The notes under the pieces were generated by a model. That model was not told the DNA's origin. It saw nothing but the letters and a program-made list of their open reading frames with translations, and searched no databases. Below, one piece after another: positions 55,533-64,000 of a stretch of DNA of 64,000 nucleotides (within the stretch, counting starts at the first letter, position 1; every line of letters starts with the position of its first letter). The position numbers and the translations under genes are program-made. The stretch lies in IMG/VR virus record IMGVR_UViG_3300042261_002385, positions 1-64,000 of that record. One strand, given 5' to 3'.

Positions 55533-58500
55533 ATGAGAAATTTTCTTTCTTGTTTTTTTTTATTTCTAACATCTTATCTTTTTTCTCAAAGTTGTTTACA
55601 CACACTTTACATGACCGACACATATGGTGATGGCTGGAATGGTAATTATGCGTCAGTTTCTGTGAACGGCGTTACAGTAATTTCTAACGTGACTTTAAAC
55701 AGTGGATTAGGACCAGCAACTGTCACATTTAATGCAACAGCCGGTCAAACAATAAGAGTGTGGAGATCTATCACTGGTTCTTGGACTAACGAGTGTCAAA
55801 TCCGCGTAACTAGTAGCACAGGTGCAACAGTAATAGCTCTACAAACTTTACAACCCGGTTCACCAACATCAGGAGGATCGACAGGTTCAGCTCAGTGTTC
55901 AGCCGGTGGCGGTGGATCAGCGACCTTAGTTCCTTATAGTGGATTCAACTCAGTAAATTGTGGAACAAACACAACACTCTATGACCACGGAGGTCAATTT
56001 GGTAATTACTCAAACAATGCAAATGGATATACTGTATTAAATAACGGAGGTTCGGCTGTAATATCTCTTAACGGAACTTCATCCGGTGAATCCTGTTGTG
56101 ATAGAGTAAGGATTTATTTAGGCATAGGAACTGGAGGAGCTTTAATTGGAACGTATTGGATGAATTCAAATATACCGAACATCAACTCATCTCCTGGTCA
56201 ACCTTTGACTGTTCAGTTTCTTTCAGATGGTTCAGTCACAGGAAGTGGATTCACCATAAACGTGACTTATTCAGGCAACTGTTCATCTGGTGCTCCTCCA
56301 GATCCTTCATCTATATCATCAACAAGTGCTACGATATGCACTGGACAATCAGTGACATTAACAGCGAATGGTTCAGTAGGAACTACTTATTGGTTTACGA
56401 ATGGTTGTAATACCGTAGGTCAAATTGGTACAGGTAATTCTATCACAGTCAATCCAAACACAACTACGACCTACTGGGCTAGAAACTTCAATTCCGGCTT
56501 CTGGTCTTCAGGTTGTGCTCAATACACAGTTTCAGTCACATCACTACCACAACCACCAAACCAATTAACTTATACTATCAACTGCGGAGTATCACCAACA
56601 CTTACAGCGGTCGGTGGAGCGGGAAATTACCAGTGGTGGTCTAACTCAAACGCTACTGGCTTACTGTGGTCTGGACAAACATATAATCCAGGAGCGTTAA
56701 ATCAAAATACGACTTTTTGGGTTACTACATCGAATGGTGTTTGTAACTCGACAACTAGTGCCTATCAAGTAAATACTACAGCATTAACTCAACCAACAGC
56801 AAACAACACCTCAGTGAATTGTGGAAGTTCAACCACTTTGAGCATCACAAATGCGGCAAGTAATGTCAATTGGTATACCAATTCTAATGGAACAGGACAA
56901 GTTGGTAGTGGATCAACATTTACAACACCTCAACTCACTACTAATACGACTTATTATGTTGGTTCAGGTTCTGGCGCATGTGCAACACCACTTACTCCGG
57001 TTACTGTTAGTGTAAATAATAATCTAGCACAACCTACATCAAACAACACTTCTATTAATTGTGGACAGACTTCTACACTAACCGCTTCTGGTGGAACTGG
57101 AACTTACGCCTGGTATTCTAATTCAAATGCAACTGGTCAACTCGGAACAGGTGCAAATTTTACAACACCACAACTTACAACAAATACTACTTATTATGTC
57201 ACTTCAACTGCTGGATCGGCTACTACTCAAAGCGTTGGTTTCAACAATTGTTACGCCATAAATAACTGGTCACTTCAACATTTAAACGGAGGAAATGGTT
57301 CAGTCAACACTACTGGATCACCAAATAGTATACAACTTACTGGACCTGATGGAACCGGTGGTAACTCTTATACATTATATCAAATTACTGTTGCAGCGAC
57401 AGGAACCATAAGTTGGAACTGGACAGTTTCTCACAATGACTGTAGTTATGACACCTATGGTTATAGAATAAACGGAACGGATTATCCATTGGCAACTTGT
57501 AGTGCTTCAGGTTCGACTTCAGTGAATGTAACGGCTGGTCAAACATTTGCCTTTTACGGAAGATCTCACGATGGTTGTTGCGGAACTTTTACTGCAACAA
57601 TCTCTAACTTTAACAAACCTTGCTCTGGCCAAGCTTGTTTCTCTCAACCTGTAGCTGTCACAGTAACGGTGAATCCGTTAACCGCGCCTGTAGTAAATAA
57701 CACTTCTATTAATTGTGGTTCTACTGCGACGATAAACGCTTCTGGTAATGGAACTATAACCTGGTATCAAAATTCTAACCTGACTGGATCTGTTGCCACC
57801 GGAAATCAATGGACAACTCCGACTCTTACAACATCAACAACATATTATTTACAATCAACTAGTGGTTCATGTCAGAGCTCGTCGACTCCGGTTACGGTGA
57901 CCGTAAACCCACTAGCGTCTCCTACTGTTTCCGGAAACACATCATTGTGTGTTGGAAATAATACTACACTCTCAGCGTCTGGTGGTAGTAGCTATACCTG
58001 GTTTGCAAACTCTAACGGAACTGGTCAATTAGGAACCGGATCAAACTATACCACTCCAAATTTAAATTCAAATACGACATATTATGTTCAATCAGGAACT
58101 GCTCCTCAGACACAAACCGCAGTATTCAATATTAATAGTTTTGGCCAATTAATCAATATGAACTCAAATTGTGGAGGCGGTTCTTATTATAATGGATGTA
58201 GTGGATCAACAGGGTTTAGTTGGGTTAGTTCTATACCAGCTGGAGCTACTATTACATCAGTTCAGATTCAGTTATCGGTCGGTGTTGAGTGTCAAGCAGG
58301 AACGAGGTCAACAACACTCAATGGTGTTGGTGGTCCTACTTTCAACACAATTGGTAATTGTAGCTGTTCAGGTAGTGTAAACCCAATAATTACCCTAAAT
58401 ATGAATGTGGCTAATTATATAGCCAATGGAACTAATCAATTTTTAATTACTAATCCACCAAGTTGCTTTGGTTTATTCAGTGGTAGTGGTGGATTACCAG

Positions 58501-60722
58501 GTCTATTTGCTAGAGTGACCGTAACTTATCAAACAGGGTCAGCTTGTGTTTCACAACTAACCGCCGTGCCTATAACAGTAAATGCGAGTCCAACTATCAC
58601 AGCAACGGCAACAAATCCTACAATATGCCAAGGTCAATCTACACAACTAAATGCATCAGGAGCTACAACTTATAGTTGGTCAGGGGGAGCTGGTAATGGC
58701 TCACAAATTTCTGTTAGCCCAAATGCTACCACAACTTATACGGTTACCGGTCAAGTGGCCGGTGGATGTCAAGGTCAGACACAATTGACTATAACGGTAA
58801 ATCCCCTGCCAAATTCAAATGCCGGTCCTGATATCATAGGATCTGTCACTTGTGGAAAAGATAATATTAACTTACAAGCTACTTCACTTTCTGCCGGACA
58901 AACAGGAGCATGGCAGATTATAAGTGGTCCGAACGGAATCGCTAGTTTGAACACACCAACAACTTTATTTCAAGGACAATATGGAGCAACTTATACACTT
59001 CAATGGAATGTTACAAATACTACTACAGGTTGTGTTGGGACAGACCAAATGATTCTCACATTTAATCAACCAAACGCGGCTTCTTTATCCGGTTTAATCG
59101 GAAACGGTGACCTACTCTGGTGTGGCTTAACAAGTAATGATTGGTCGACATCAACCAACTGGTATCAGAATATGGGTAGTTATTATCAAAGAATGTCAGG
59201 AGCTGCTCAACCTGTAATCTCTAGCCAAGTGTTTACACTTAATCAAGCAACTGGTGGTATATGTATAGGAAGTCAAAACCCAACACTGAGTATCACAAGT
59301 AACGCATACGATGTTTTTGTCAATCCTGGAATCACTCTAAATCTTACAAATGATAGTTTGAATATTGCTCATGACCTAAACAATAGTGGAACAATCGTAG
59401 CATCTACTGGATTAGTCAATTTCACCGGTAGTCTCAACTCAAATATTAACGGTTCCGGTTCAACCCAATTGTTTAATATGAGAGTTAACAAATCCGCGGG
59501 TTCCACACTGACACTAAACCAACCAGTCAGTGTTACAAATAATCTTAATATGGTTCAGGGTAATATTTTTACTACAACGACTAATTTACTAACTTTAGGT
59601 TCAAGTAGTGCTAATCCCGGAACACTCGTCTATAACACAGGAACTATCGTAGGTCCTTTCAGAAGATATTTTTCAAATTCAACTACAAATGGAAATGGTG
59701 GTTTGTTTCCAGTTGGAACTCAAACTTACAACAGATACTCTGATTTTAATTTCACATCTACTCCTGGCACAAATCAGTTCTTAACGGTTCAATATAAAAC
59801 AGGAGCGCCTCTGGTTGGAGGAACTCCACTATACAATGGTCTTCCATTAGTAGTTTCTGGCTCATTGATTCAAAATTACTCAATAGATGGATATTGGGAA
59901 GTTACACCTACTTCAAATAATTACTCGTCTTCAATTTGTCAAACACCTTACAATGTCACTCTATTCGCTAATAATCTAACCGGTATGAACACACCCCAGA
60001 TTTGTAGAATAATTAAATCACCGGGTTCAAATCACACAACTTGGCAAGCTTGTGGCGCACACGTAAGTATTCCTGGTAACGCAAATGCACAAGCATTTTT
60101 GATTACAAGTAACAACACACAAGGATTCAGTTGGTTTAATATTGGAACTCCAAATTCACAGGCACTACCTGTTGAGCTTTTGAGTTTTGATGGTGAGTGT
60201 CAGAATGAATTTATTAAATTAAATTGGTCAACTTCTACTGAACACAATTCATCTTATTTCGAAGTTCAAAAATCTATCGATGGAATTTCTTGGAGAAGTT
60301 TGACTACTTTGTCAGCTGCTGGTAATTCAACTCAAAAGTTAGATTATACAACTTCTGATTTCGAAAAAATCGAGGGAAATAATTACTATAAGCTTGTTCA
60401 ATTTGACTATGATGGCCAGTCTAAAGAATATGGACCAATAAATATCAGTTGTGAATCAGTGTCAAAAGGATATTTTTCAGTATTTCCGAATCCAAGTTCA
60501 GGTCAATTCCAATTGGTCTTGAATGATAAAAATTTGCTCGGTGAAAGTGAGGTTATAGTCAATGACACTAAGGGTTCGCAAATTTTTAACAAAATAATTA
60601 ATGTGAAACCTGGAATAAACACCTTTTTAATCGAAGAATTAAAAAATTCAAATGGTTTATACTATATATACATCAGAAACAGTAGTGTAACAACATCTGT
60701 AATAAAAATTGAAATTAGATAA
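55533..60722 (+). CDS. 1729-aa T9SS-secreted adhesin (signal peptide, CUB, Ig-like repeats, type A CTD)
   Basis: Signal peptide ...YLFS/Q; CUB-like (YDHGG..YSNN..FLSDGSVTGSGF); repeats ..TFTTPQLTTNTTYYV; LPVELLSF; FSVFPNPSSG CTD. Confidence 0.9.
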   Translation: MRNFLSCFFLFLTSYLFSQSCLHTLYMTDTYGDGWNGNYASVSVNGVTVISNVTLNSGLGPATVTFNATAGQTIRVWRSITGSWTNECQIRVTSSTGATVIALQTLQPGSPTSGGSTGSAQCSAGGGGSATLVPYSGFNSVNCGTNTTLYDHGGQFGNYSNNANGYTVLNNGGSAVISLNGTSSGESCCDRVRIYLGIGTGGALIGTYWMNSNIPNINSSPGQPLTVQFLSDGSVTGSGFTINVTYSGNCSSGAPPDPSSISSTSATICTGQSVTLTANGSVGTTYWFTNGCNTVGQIGTGNSITVNPNTTTTYWARNFNSGFWSSGCAQYTVSVTSLPQPPNQLTYTINCGVSPTLTAVGGAGNYQWWSNSNATGLLWSGQTYNPGALNQNTTFWVTTSNGVCNSTTSAYQVNTTALTQPTANNTSVNCGSSTTLSITNAASNVNWYTNSNGTGQVGSGSTFTTPQLTTNTTYYVGSGSGACATPLTPVTVSVNNNLAQPTSNNTSINCGQTSTLTASGGTGTYAWYSNSNATGQLGTGANFTTPQLTTNTTYYVTSTAGSATTQSVGFNNCYAINNWSLQHLNGGNGSVNTTGSPNSIQLTGPDGTGGNSYTLYQITVAATGTISWNWTVSHNDCSYDTYGYRINGTDYPLATCSASGSTSVNVTAGQTFAFYGRSHDGCCGTFTATISNFNKPCSGQACFSQPVAVTVTVNPLTAPVVNNTSINCGSTATINASGNGTITWYQNSNLTGSVATGNQWTTPTLTTSTTYYLQSTSGSCQSSSTPVTVTVNPLASPTVSGNTSLCVGNNTTLSASGGSSYTWFANSNGTGQLGTGSNYTTPNLNSNTTYYVQSGTAPQTQTAVFNINSFGQLINMNSNCGGGSYYNGCSGSTGFSWVSSIPAGATITSVQIQLSVGVECQAGTRSTTLNGVGGPTFNTIGNCSCSGSVNPIITLNMNVANYIANGTNQFLITNPPSCFGLFSGSGGLPGLFARVTVTYQTGSACVSQLTAVPITVNASPTITATATNPTICQGQSTQLNASGATTYSWSGGAGNGSQISVSPNATTTYTVTGQVAGGCQGQTQLTITVNPLPNSNAGPDIIGSVTCGKDNINLQATSLSAGQTGAWQIISGPNGIASLNTPTTLFQGQYGATYTLQWNVTNTTTGCVGTDQMILTFNQPNAASLSGLIGNGDLLWCGLTSNDWSTSTNWYQNMGSYYQRMSGAAQPVISSQVFTLNQATGGICIGSQNPTLSITSNAYDVFVNPGITLNLTNDSLNIAHDLNNSGTIVASTGLVNFTGSLNSNINGSGSTQLFNMRVNKSAGSTLTLNQPVSVTNNLNMVQGNIFTTTTNLLTLGSSSANPGTLVYNTGTIVGPFRRYFSNSTTNGNGGLFPVGTQTYNRYSDFNFTSTPGTNQFLTVQYKTGAPLVGGTPLYNGLPLVVSGSLIQNYSIDGYWEVTPTSNNYSSSICQTPYNVTLFANNLTGMNTPQICRIIKSPGSNHTTWQACGAHVSIPGNANAQAFLITSNNTQGFSWFNIGTPNSQALPVELLSFDGECQNEFIKLNWSTSTEHNSSYFEVQKSIDGISWRSLTTLSAAGNSTQKLDYTTSDFEKIEGNNYYKLVQFDYDGQSKEYGPINISCESVSKGYFSVFPNPSSGQFQLVLNDKNLLGESEVIVNDTKGSQIFNKIINVKPGINTFLIEELKNSNGLYYIYIRNSSVTTSVIKIEIR

Positions 60723-61772
60723 ATGAAATTAAAGTTTTTATTATTGTTCATATTAAGTTGTCTACTGAATATTTCATTTTCACAAACACAGACCGTTAAT
60801 TTCAATTATACTGGTTCAGTTCAGACTTGGACTGTGCCACAGTGTGTAACTTCCATCAACGTAGTTGTAGCAGGTGCCAAAGGTGGTGGAGCTACAGGAG
60901 GAAATGGAGCTAGACTAACAGCAACTATCCCAGTCACACCGGGTCAAGTTTTGAATATTTATGTAGGAGGACAAGGCAGCTGTGGTAACAATTCAGGTGG
61001 TTGGAACGGTGGTGGAACAGGACATGCATCAAATCCAGCAAATGTTAATTATAATTCTTGTGGTGGCGGTGGAGCGACTGATATCAGAATCGGAGGAAAC
61101 GCACTAGTGAATAGAGTTATCGTTGCCGGAGGTGGTGGTGGAAAAAGTGGTGGTTCTTCTCCAGTCGCAGGTGGAGCAGCCAACTGTCAAAACGGCGCAC
61201 CAGGTGTTAGCACATACGGAGCAGGAGGCGGTGGTGGAACACAAGCTGCAGGCGGAGCTGGAGGAGCTCCTTGGGCAGGAACACCTCCTGGAGGTCAAGC
61301 CGGAACATTAGGTCAGGGAGGAAATGGTGGTTTCTGGTCAACTGCCTCTGGTGGAGGTGGTGGTGGTGGATACTACGGCGGTGGTGGCGGAGGTAACGAC
61401 GGCTGTTGCACTGGTTCAAATGGAGGTGGTGGTGGAGGTGCTGGTTCTTCTCTTCTACCAGCAGGAGGAACTTGTCTACCATCAAATAACACCGGAAATG
61501 GTTATGCTTCTATCACTTATACACCAGTCAATTTAGTTATAAATCCAACATCAACAAATGTGACTTGTTTTGGACTTTGTAATGGAACAGCAAATGCTAA
61601 TTATCCAGGTGCGACTTATCTGTGGTCAAATGGAGCAACAACACAATCAATAAGTAATCTCTGTCCAGGAAATTATACAGTAACTGTTAATTTGAACGGT
61701 TGCACGGCTACTGGCAGTGTCACTATAACACAACCACCTCAAATAGTTTTAGGCCCGATAAGCCACAACTAA
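60723..61772 (+). CDS. exported glycine-rich-domain protein with SprB-like repeat, ends PISHN
   Basis: Signal peptide ...ISFS/Q; GGGGATDIR and VAGGGGG motifs; YLWSNGATTQSISNLCPGNYTVTV. Confidence 0.85.
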   Translation: MKLKFLLLFILSCLLNISFSQTQTVNFNYTGSVQTWTVPQCVTSINVVVAGAKGGGATGGNGARLTATIPVTPGQVLNIYVGGQGSCGNNSGGWNGGGTGHASNPANVNYNSCGGGGATDIRIGGNALVNRVIVAGGGGGKSGGSSPVAGGAANCQNGAPGVSTYGAGGGGGTQAAGGAGGAPWAGTPPGGQAGTLGQGGNGGFWSTASGGGGGGGYYGGGGGGNDGCCTGSNGGGGGGAGSSLLPAGGTCLPSNNTGNGYASITYTPVNLVINPTSTNVTCFGLCNGTANANYPGATYLWSNGATTQSISNLCPGNYTVTVNLNGCTATGSVTITQPPQIVLGPISHN

Positions 61773-61790
61773 TAAAAATTAAATGAAAAA

Positions 61791-62357
61791 ATGAAAAATT
61801 TATTTTTACTACTATTGACTCTTTTGACAACAACAGTATTTGGTCAACTTGTTACAACAAATCCTGATACTGTATGTTATCAGACCCAGGCACTTTCTCA
61901 GTATCAAGTTACTTCAGTTGGTGCTGGAACTTACACTTGGACAGTTCCTGCCTGTGCCACTATAACTTCAGGTCAAGGCACGAATCAAATTCAAGTAAAC
62001 TGGTCTAACTGTCCTCCAGGATTAATCAACAATGCGATAAGTGTTGTTTACACTTCACAAGCTGGATGTCCTTCACCAGCTGTCAATTTGAATGTTTTGA
62101 TATACCAAGTCATACCAACTATAACACCTATTGGTCCTTTCTGTGTAACTGATCCTTGTGTTGCACTATCTGGATTACCAGCTGGTGGGACATGGACCGG
62201 AAATGGTGTTGTAAATGGTCAGTTCTGTCCTGGACAAGCTGGTCCAGGAGCTGCTACAATCACCTATACTTATACTAACAGTGGTTGTTCATTTACAGCA
62301 ACTACAAATACAGGTGTCTCTCCACAACCTACATTGACACCAATACAACACAATTAA
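61791..62357 (+). CDS. exported PKD/Ig-like protein, ends PIQHN
   Basis: Signal peptide ...TVFG/Q; YTWTVP...ITSGQGTNQIQVNW; GGTWTGNGV...F.P. Confidence 0.85.
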   Translation: MKNLFLLLLTLLTTTVFGQLVTTNPDTVCYQTQALSQYQVTSVGAGTYTWTVPACATITSGQGTNQIQVNWSNCPPGLINNAISVVYTSQAGCPSPAVNLNVLIYQVIPTITPIGPFCVTDPCVALSGLPAGGTWTGNGVVNGQFCPGQAGPGAATITYTYTNSGCSFTATTNTGVSPQPTLTPIQHN

Positions 62358-62364
62358 AAATTAT

Positions 62365-62934
62365 ATGAAACTATTTTTATTTTTGTTCTTACTTATTAGT
62401 CTAAATGTTTTTAGTCAACACTCGTTTGAAATATGTGAAAATTCAAATACGTTTACATATTCAACCACAATTGACTTAAACGGAACAGTAGAATGGTTTT
62501 TAAACGGTAGTTCAATTGGTCAGGGTCTTTCAATTGATATCACATATGATGAACCTGGAGAATTTCAATTAGTAGCAATGGGTTATAACGATTTAGGTTG
62601 TCCAGGAACACCACAAGTTTTAGATATTATAGTTACTCAATGTGATCCACTTATTTATTGGGTTCCTAATTCATTCACACCTGATGGAAATGAATTTAAT
62701 CAAACTTGGGGTCCTATATTGACAAGCGGTATTTCAGTTAATAATTTTTCACTAACAATTTATAATAGATGGGGAGCTATCATCTGGGAGTCCAAAGATG
62801 TCAATACTAAATGGGATGGAACATATGGAGGTTTTTTAGTTCCAGATGGAACATACTCTTGGATTATGAAATTAGATATGATAGACAATGATGGTAAAAA
62901 ATTAATTACCGGTCACGTTACAATCGTTAGATAA
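62365..62934 (+). CDS. exported protein with gliding-motility-associated (type B, CHU_C) T9SS CTD
   Basis: Signal peptide ...NVFS/Q; VPNSFTPDG..N; IYNRWG..IWES; WDGTY; PDGTYSW; GHVTIVR. Confidence 0.9.
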   Translation: MKLFLFLFLLISLNVFSQHSFEICENSNTFTYSTTIDLNGTVEWFLNGSSIGQGLSIDITYDEPGEFQLVAMGYNDLGCPGTPQVLDIIVTQCDPLIYWVPNSFTPDGNEFNQTWGPILTSGISVNNFSLTIYNRWGAIIWESKDVNTKWDGTYGGFLVPDGTYSWIMKLDMIDNDGKKLITGHVTIVR

Positions 62935-62935
62935 G

Positions 62936-63005
62936 TGCCGTGTATGAGGTTCGAACTCACTTAGCCCACCTTATGAGAGTAGGTTCTTTTCCACTAAGCC
63001 ACGGC
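62936..63005 (-). tRNA. degenerate tRNA with CAT anticodon (70 nt, lacks the 7-9 linker)
   Basis: GCCGTG/CACGGC, loop CTCATAA, T arm GTGAG-TTCGAAC-CTCAT. Confidence 0.55.
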
Positions 63006-63011
63006 TTTTAT

Positions 63012-63338
63012 TTAATGACTATGTATTACATTTTCTATTTTCTCATACAGTTTTATTTTCGGTAATACACCAACTTGTCTATCAACTACTTCACCATTTT
63101 TAAAAAAGATTATTGTAGGAATTCCTCTTACCCCATATTTATCAGGACTGATTGGATTCTCATCAATGTTTACTTTATAAACCACAATTTTTTCTTCTAA
63201 ATCATTTGAAGCTTCTTCTAATGCTGGAGCTAATGCTTTACAAGGATTACACCAATCGGCCCAAAAATCGACTAAAATTAATTTATCTGAACTTTTAATT
63301 ATATCTTGAAAGTTATCATCTGTTATACTTGCTACCAT
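63012..63338 (-). CDS. trxA: thioredoxin
   Basis: LVDFWADWCNPC; YGVRGIPT. Confidence 0.92.
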   Translation of the reverse strand: MVASITDDNFQDIIKSSDKLILVDFWADWCNPCKALAPALEEASNDLEEKIVVYKVNIDENPISPDKYGVRGIPTIIFFKNGEVVDRQVGVLPKIKLYEKIENVIHSH

Positions 63339-63369
63339 ATCTAAATTTTTTCTTTTATATATTTAATTT

Positions 63370-63458
63370 TGGTACTTCTGGTCGGACTCGAACCGACACG
63401 GACACAATGTCCAAGGGATTTTAAGTCCCTCGCGTGCTACCAATTTCGCCACAGAAGC
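63370..63458 (-). tRNA. tRNA-Leu(TAA), CCA encoded
   Basis: Type II cloverleaf; loop CTTAAAA. Confidence 0.95.
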
Positions 63459-63464
63459 TTGTTG

Positions 63465-63547
63465 TACCCTGGGAGAGACTCGAACTCTCACGCCTTTCGG
63501 CACCAGATCCTAAATCTGGCGTGTGCTACCAATTTCACCACCAAGGT
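63465..63547 (-). tRNA. tRNA-Leu(TAG)
   Basis: Type II cloverleaf; loop TTTAGGA. Confidence 0.95.
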
Positions 63548-63557
63548 AAGTAATTTG

Positions 63558-63631
63558 AGCATCCTGCCAGATTCGAACTGGCGTCTCTGGGTTACAAATC
63601 CAGAATAATTGACCAACTATACGAAGGATGC
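63558..63631 (-). tRNA. tRNA-Thr(TGT)
   Basis: GCATCCT/AGGATGC; loop TTTGTAA; A31-C39 mismatch; weak D stem. Confidence 0.8.
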
Positions 63632-63638
63632 AATTTTG

Positions 63639-63712
63639 AGACACTGGTCGGATTCGAACCGACATACCACAGTTTTGCAGACTGGGACCTAAAGCCATTC
63701 AGACACAGTGTC
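63639..63712 (-). tRNA. tRNA-Cys(GCA)
   Basis: GACACTG/CAGTGTC, U73, loop CTGCAAA. Confidence 0.9.
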
Positions 63713-63718
63713 GTTTTG

Positions 63719-63793
63719 TTGGAATGATAGGACTTGAACCTACGACCTCCACGGTATCAGCGTGGCGCTCTCGACCAACTGAGCTACATTCCA
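63719..63793 (-). tRNA. tRNA-Ile(GAT)
   Basis: TGGAATG/CATTCCA; loop CTGATAC. Confidence 0.92.
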
Positions 63794-63800
63794 ATTTTTG

Positions 63801-63865
63801 AGGTCAGTATGGGTCTCGAACCCATGACTCGCTTGCGTCCCACTATGAAGCCTTTTATAGTGACC
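63801..63865 (-). ncRNA. tRNA-like element with acceptor stem and T arm but no canonical D or anticodon arm
   Basis: GGTCACT/ACTGACC; ATGGG-TTCGAGA-CCCAT; middle region CACTAT/ATAGTG and CGC-AA-GCG. Confidence 0.55.
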
Positions 63866-63874
63866 AACCATTTG

Positions 63875-63945
63875 TACCCCGAAGTGGGTTCGAACCACTG
63901 CCATCTCCATGTAAAAGAGATACGCTACCATTACGCCATCGGGGC
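63875..63945 (-). tRNA. tRNA-Val(TAC)
   Basis: GCCCCGA/TCGGGGT; loop TTTACAT. Confidence 0.9.
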
Positions 63946-63953
63946 TTTTTTTG

Positions 63954-64000
63954 CGGACTGAGAGAATTACGATATCTCGACCTCAACCTTAACAGGGTTT
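63954..64000 (-). tRNA. tRNA-Asn(GTT), 3' half (cut by window edge)
   Basis: AACC-CTGTTAA-GGTT, G73; non-canonical T loop ATCGTAA. Confidence 0.6.

Noticed and set aside
56800-58100. Repeats in the adhesin (TTPQLTTNTTYYV) as mobile or CRISPR-like DNA repeats
   Set aside because: They are in-frame Ig-like domain repeats with synonymous divergence.
63369-63961. ORFs 63369-63608, 63510-63698, 63734-63961 and 63740-63931
   Set aside because: They are translations of tRNA genes (e.g. GLEPT from the T-arm complement).

Overview
A 64-kb, very AT-rich fragment of a large tailed (jumbo, T4-like/myovirus-type) bacteriophage genome, not a bacterial chromosome. It has T4 gp13-, gp14-, gp3- and gp32-like genes, free-standing HNH endonucleases, nrdB, GMP reductase, thioredoxin and about 16 tRNA or tRNA-like genes in three clusters. 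The host is almost certainly Bacteroidota: there are TTTG-N19/20-TAnnTTTG promoters, a Bacteroidota-type ClpC, and T9SS C-terminal sorting domains with Q-rule signal peptides. Accessory content includes an 18-gene glycan island (16.1-32.0 kb), a family of proteins sharing an N-terminal MKYLKxF/YE tag resembling the T4 capsid-targeting sequence, a ~860-nt structured RNA (GOLLD-like) between atypical tRNAs, and a 4-gene T9SS adhesin cassette (55.5-62.9 kb). The most striking signal is absent from the ORF track. A 31-codon leader peptide carries the run P-Q-P-Q-D-Q-D-P and is followed by an antiterminator-competent segment and an intrinsic terminator, directly upstream of tRNA-Gln, tRNA-Asp and tRNA-Pro. 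This looks like a ribosome-mediated attenuator that switches on the phage's own tRNAs for exactly the amino acids it senses. All calls come from manual reading and motif recognition; no searches or folding programs were run.
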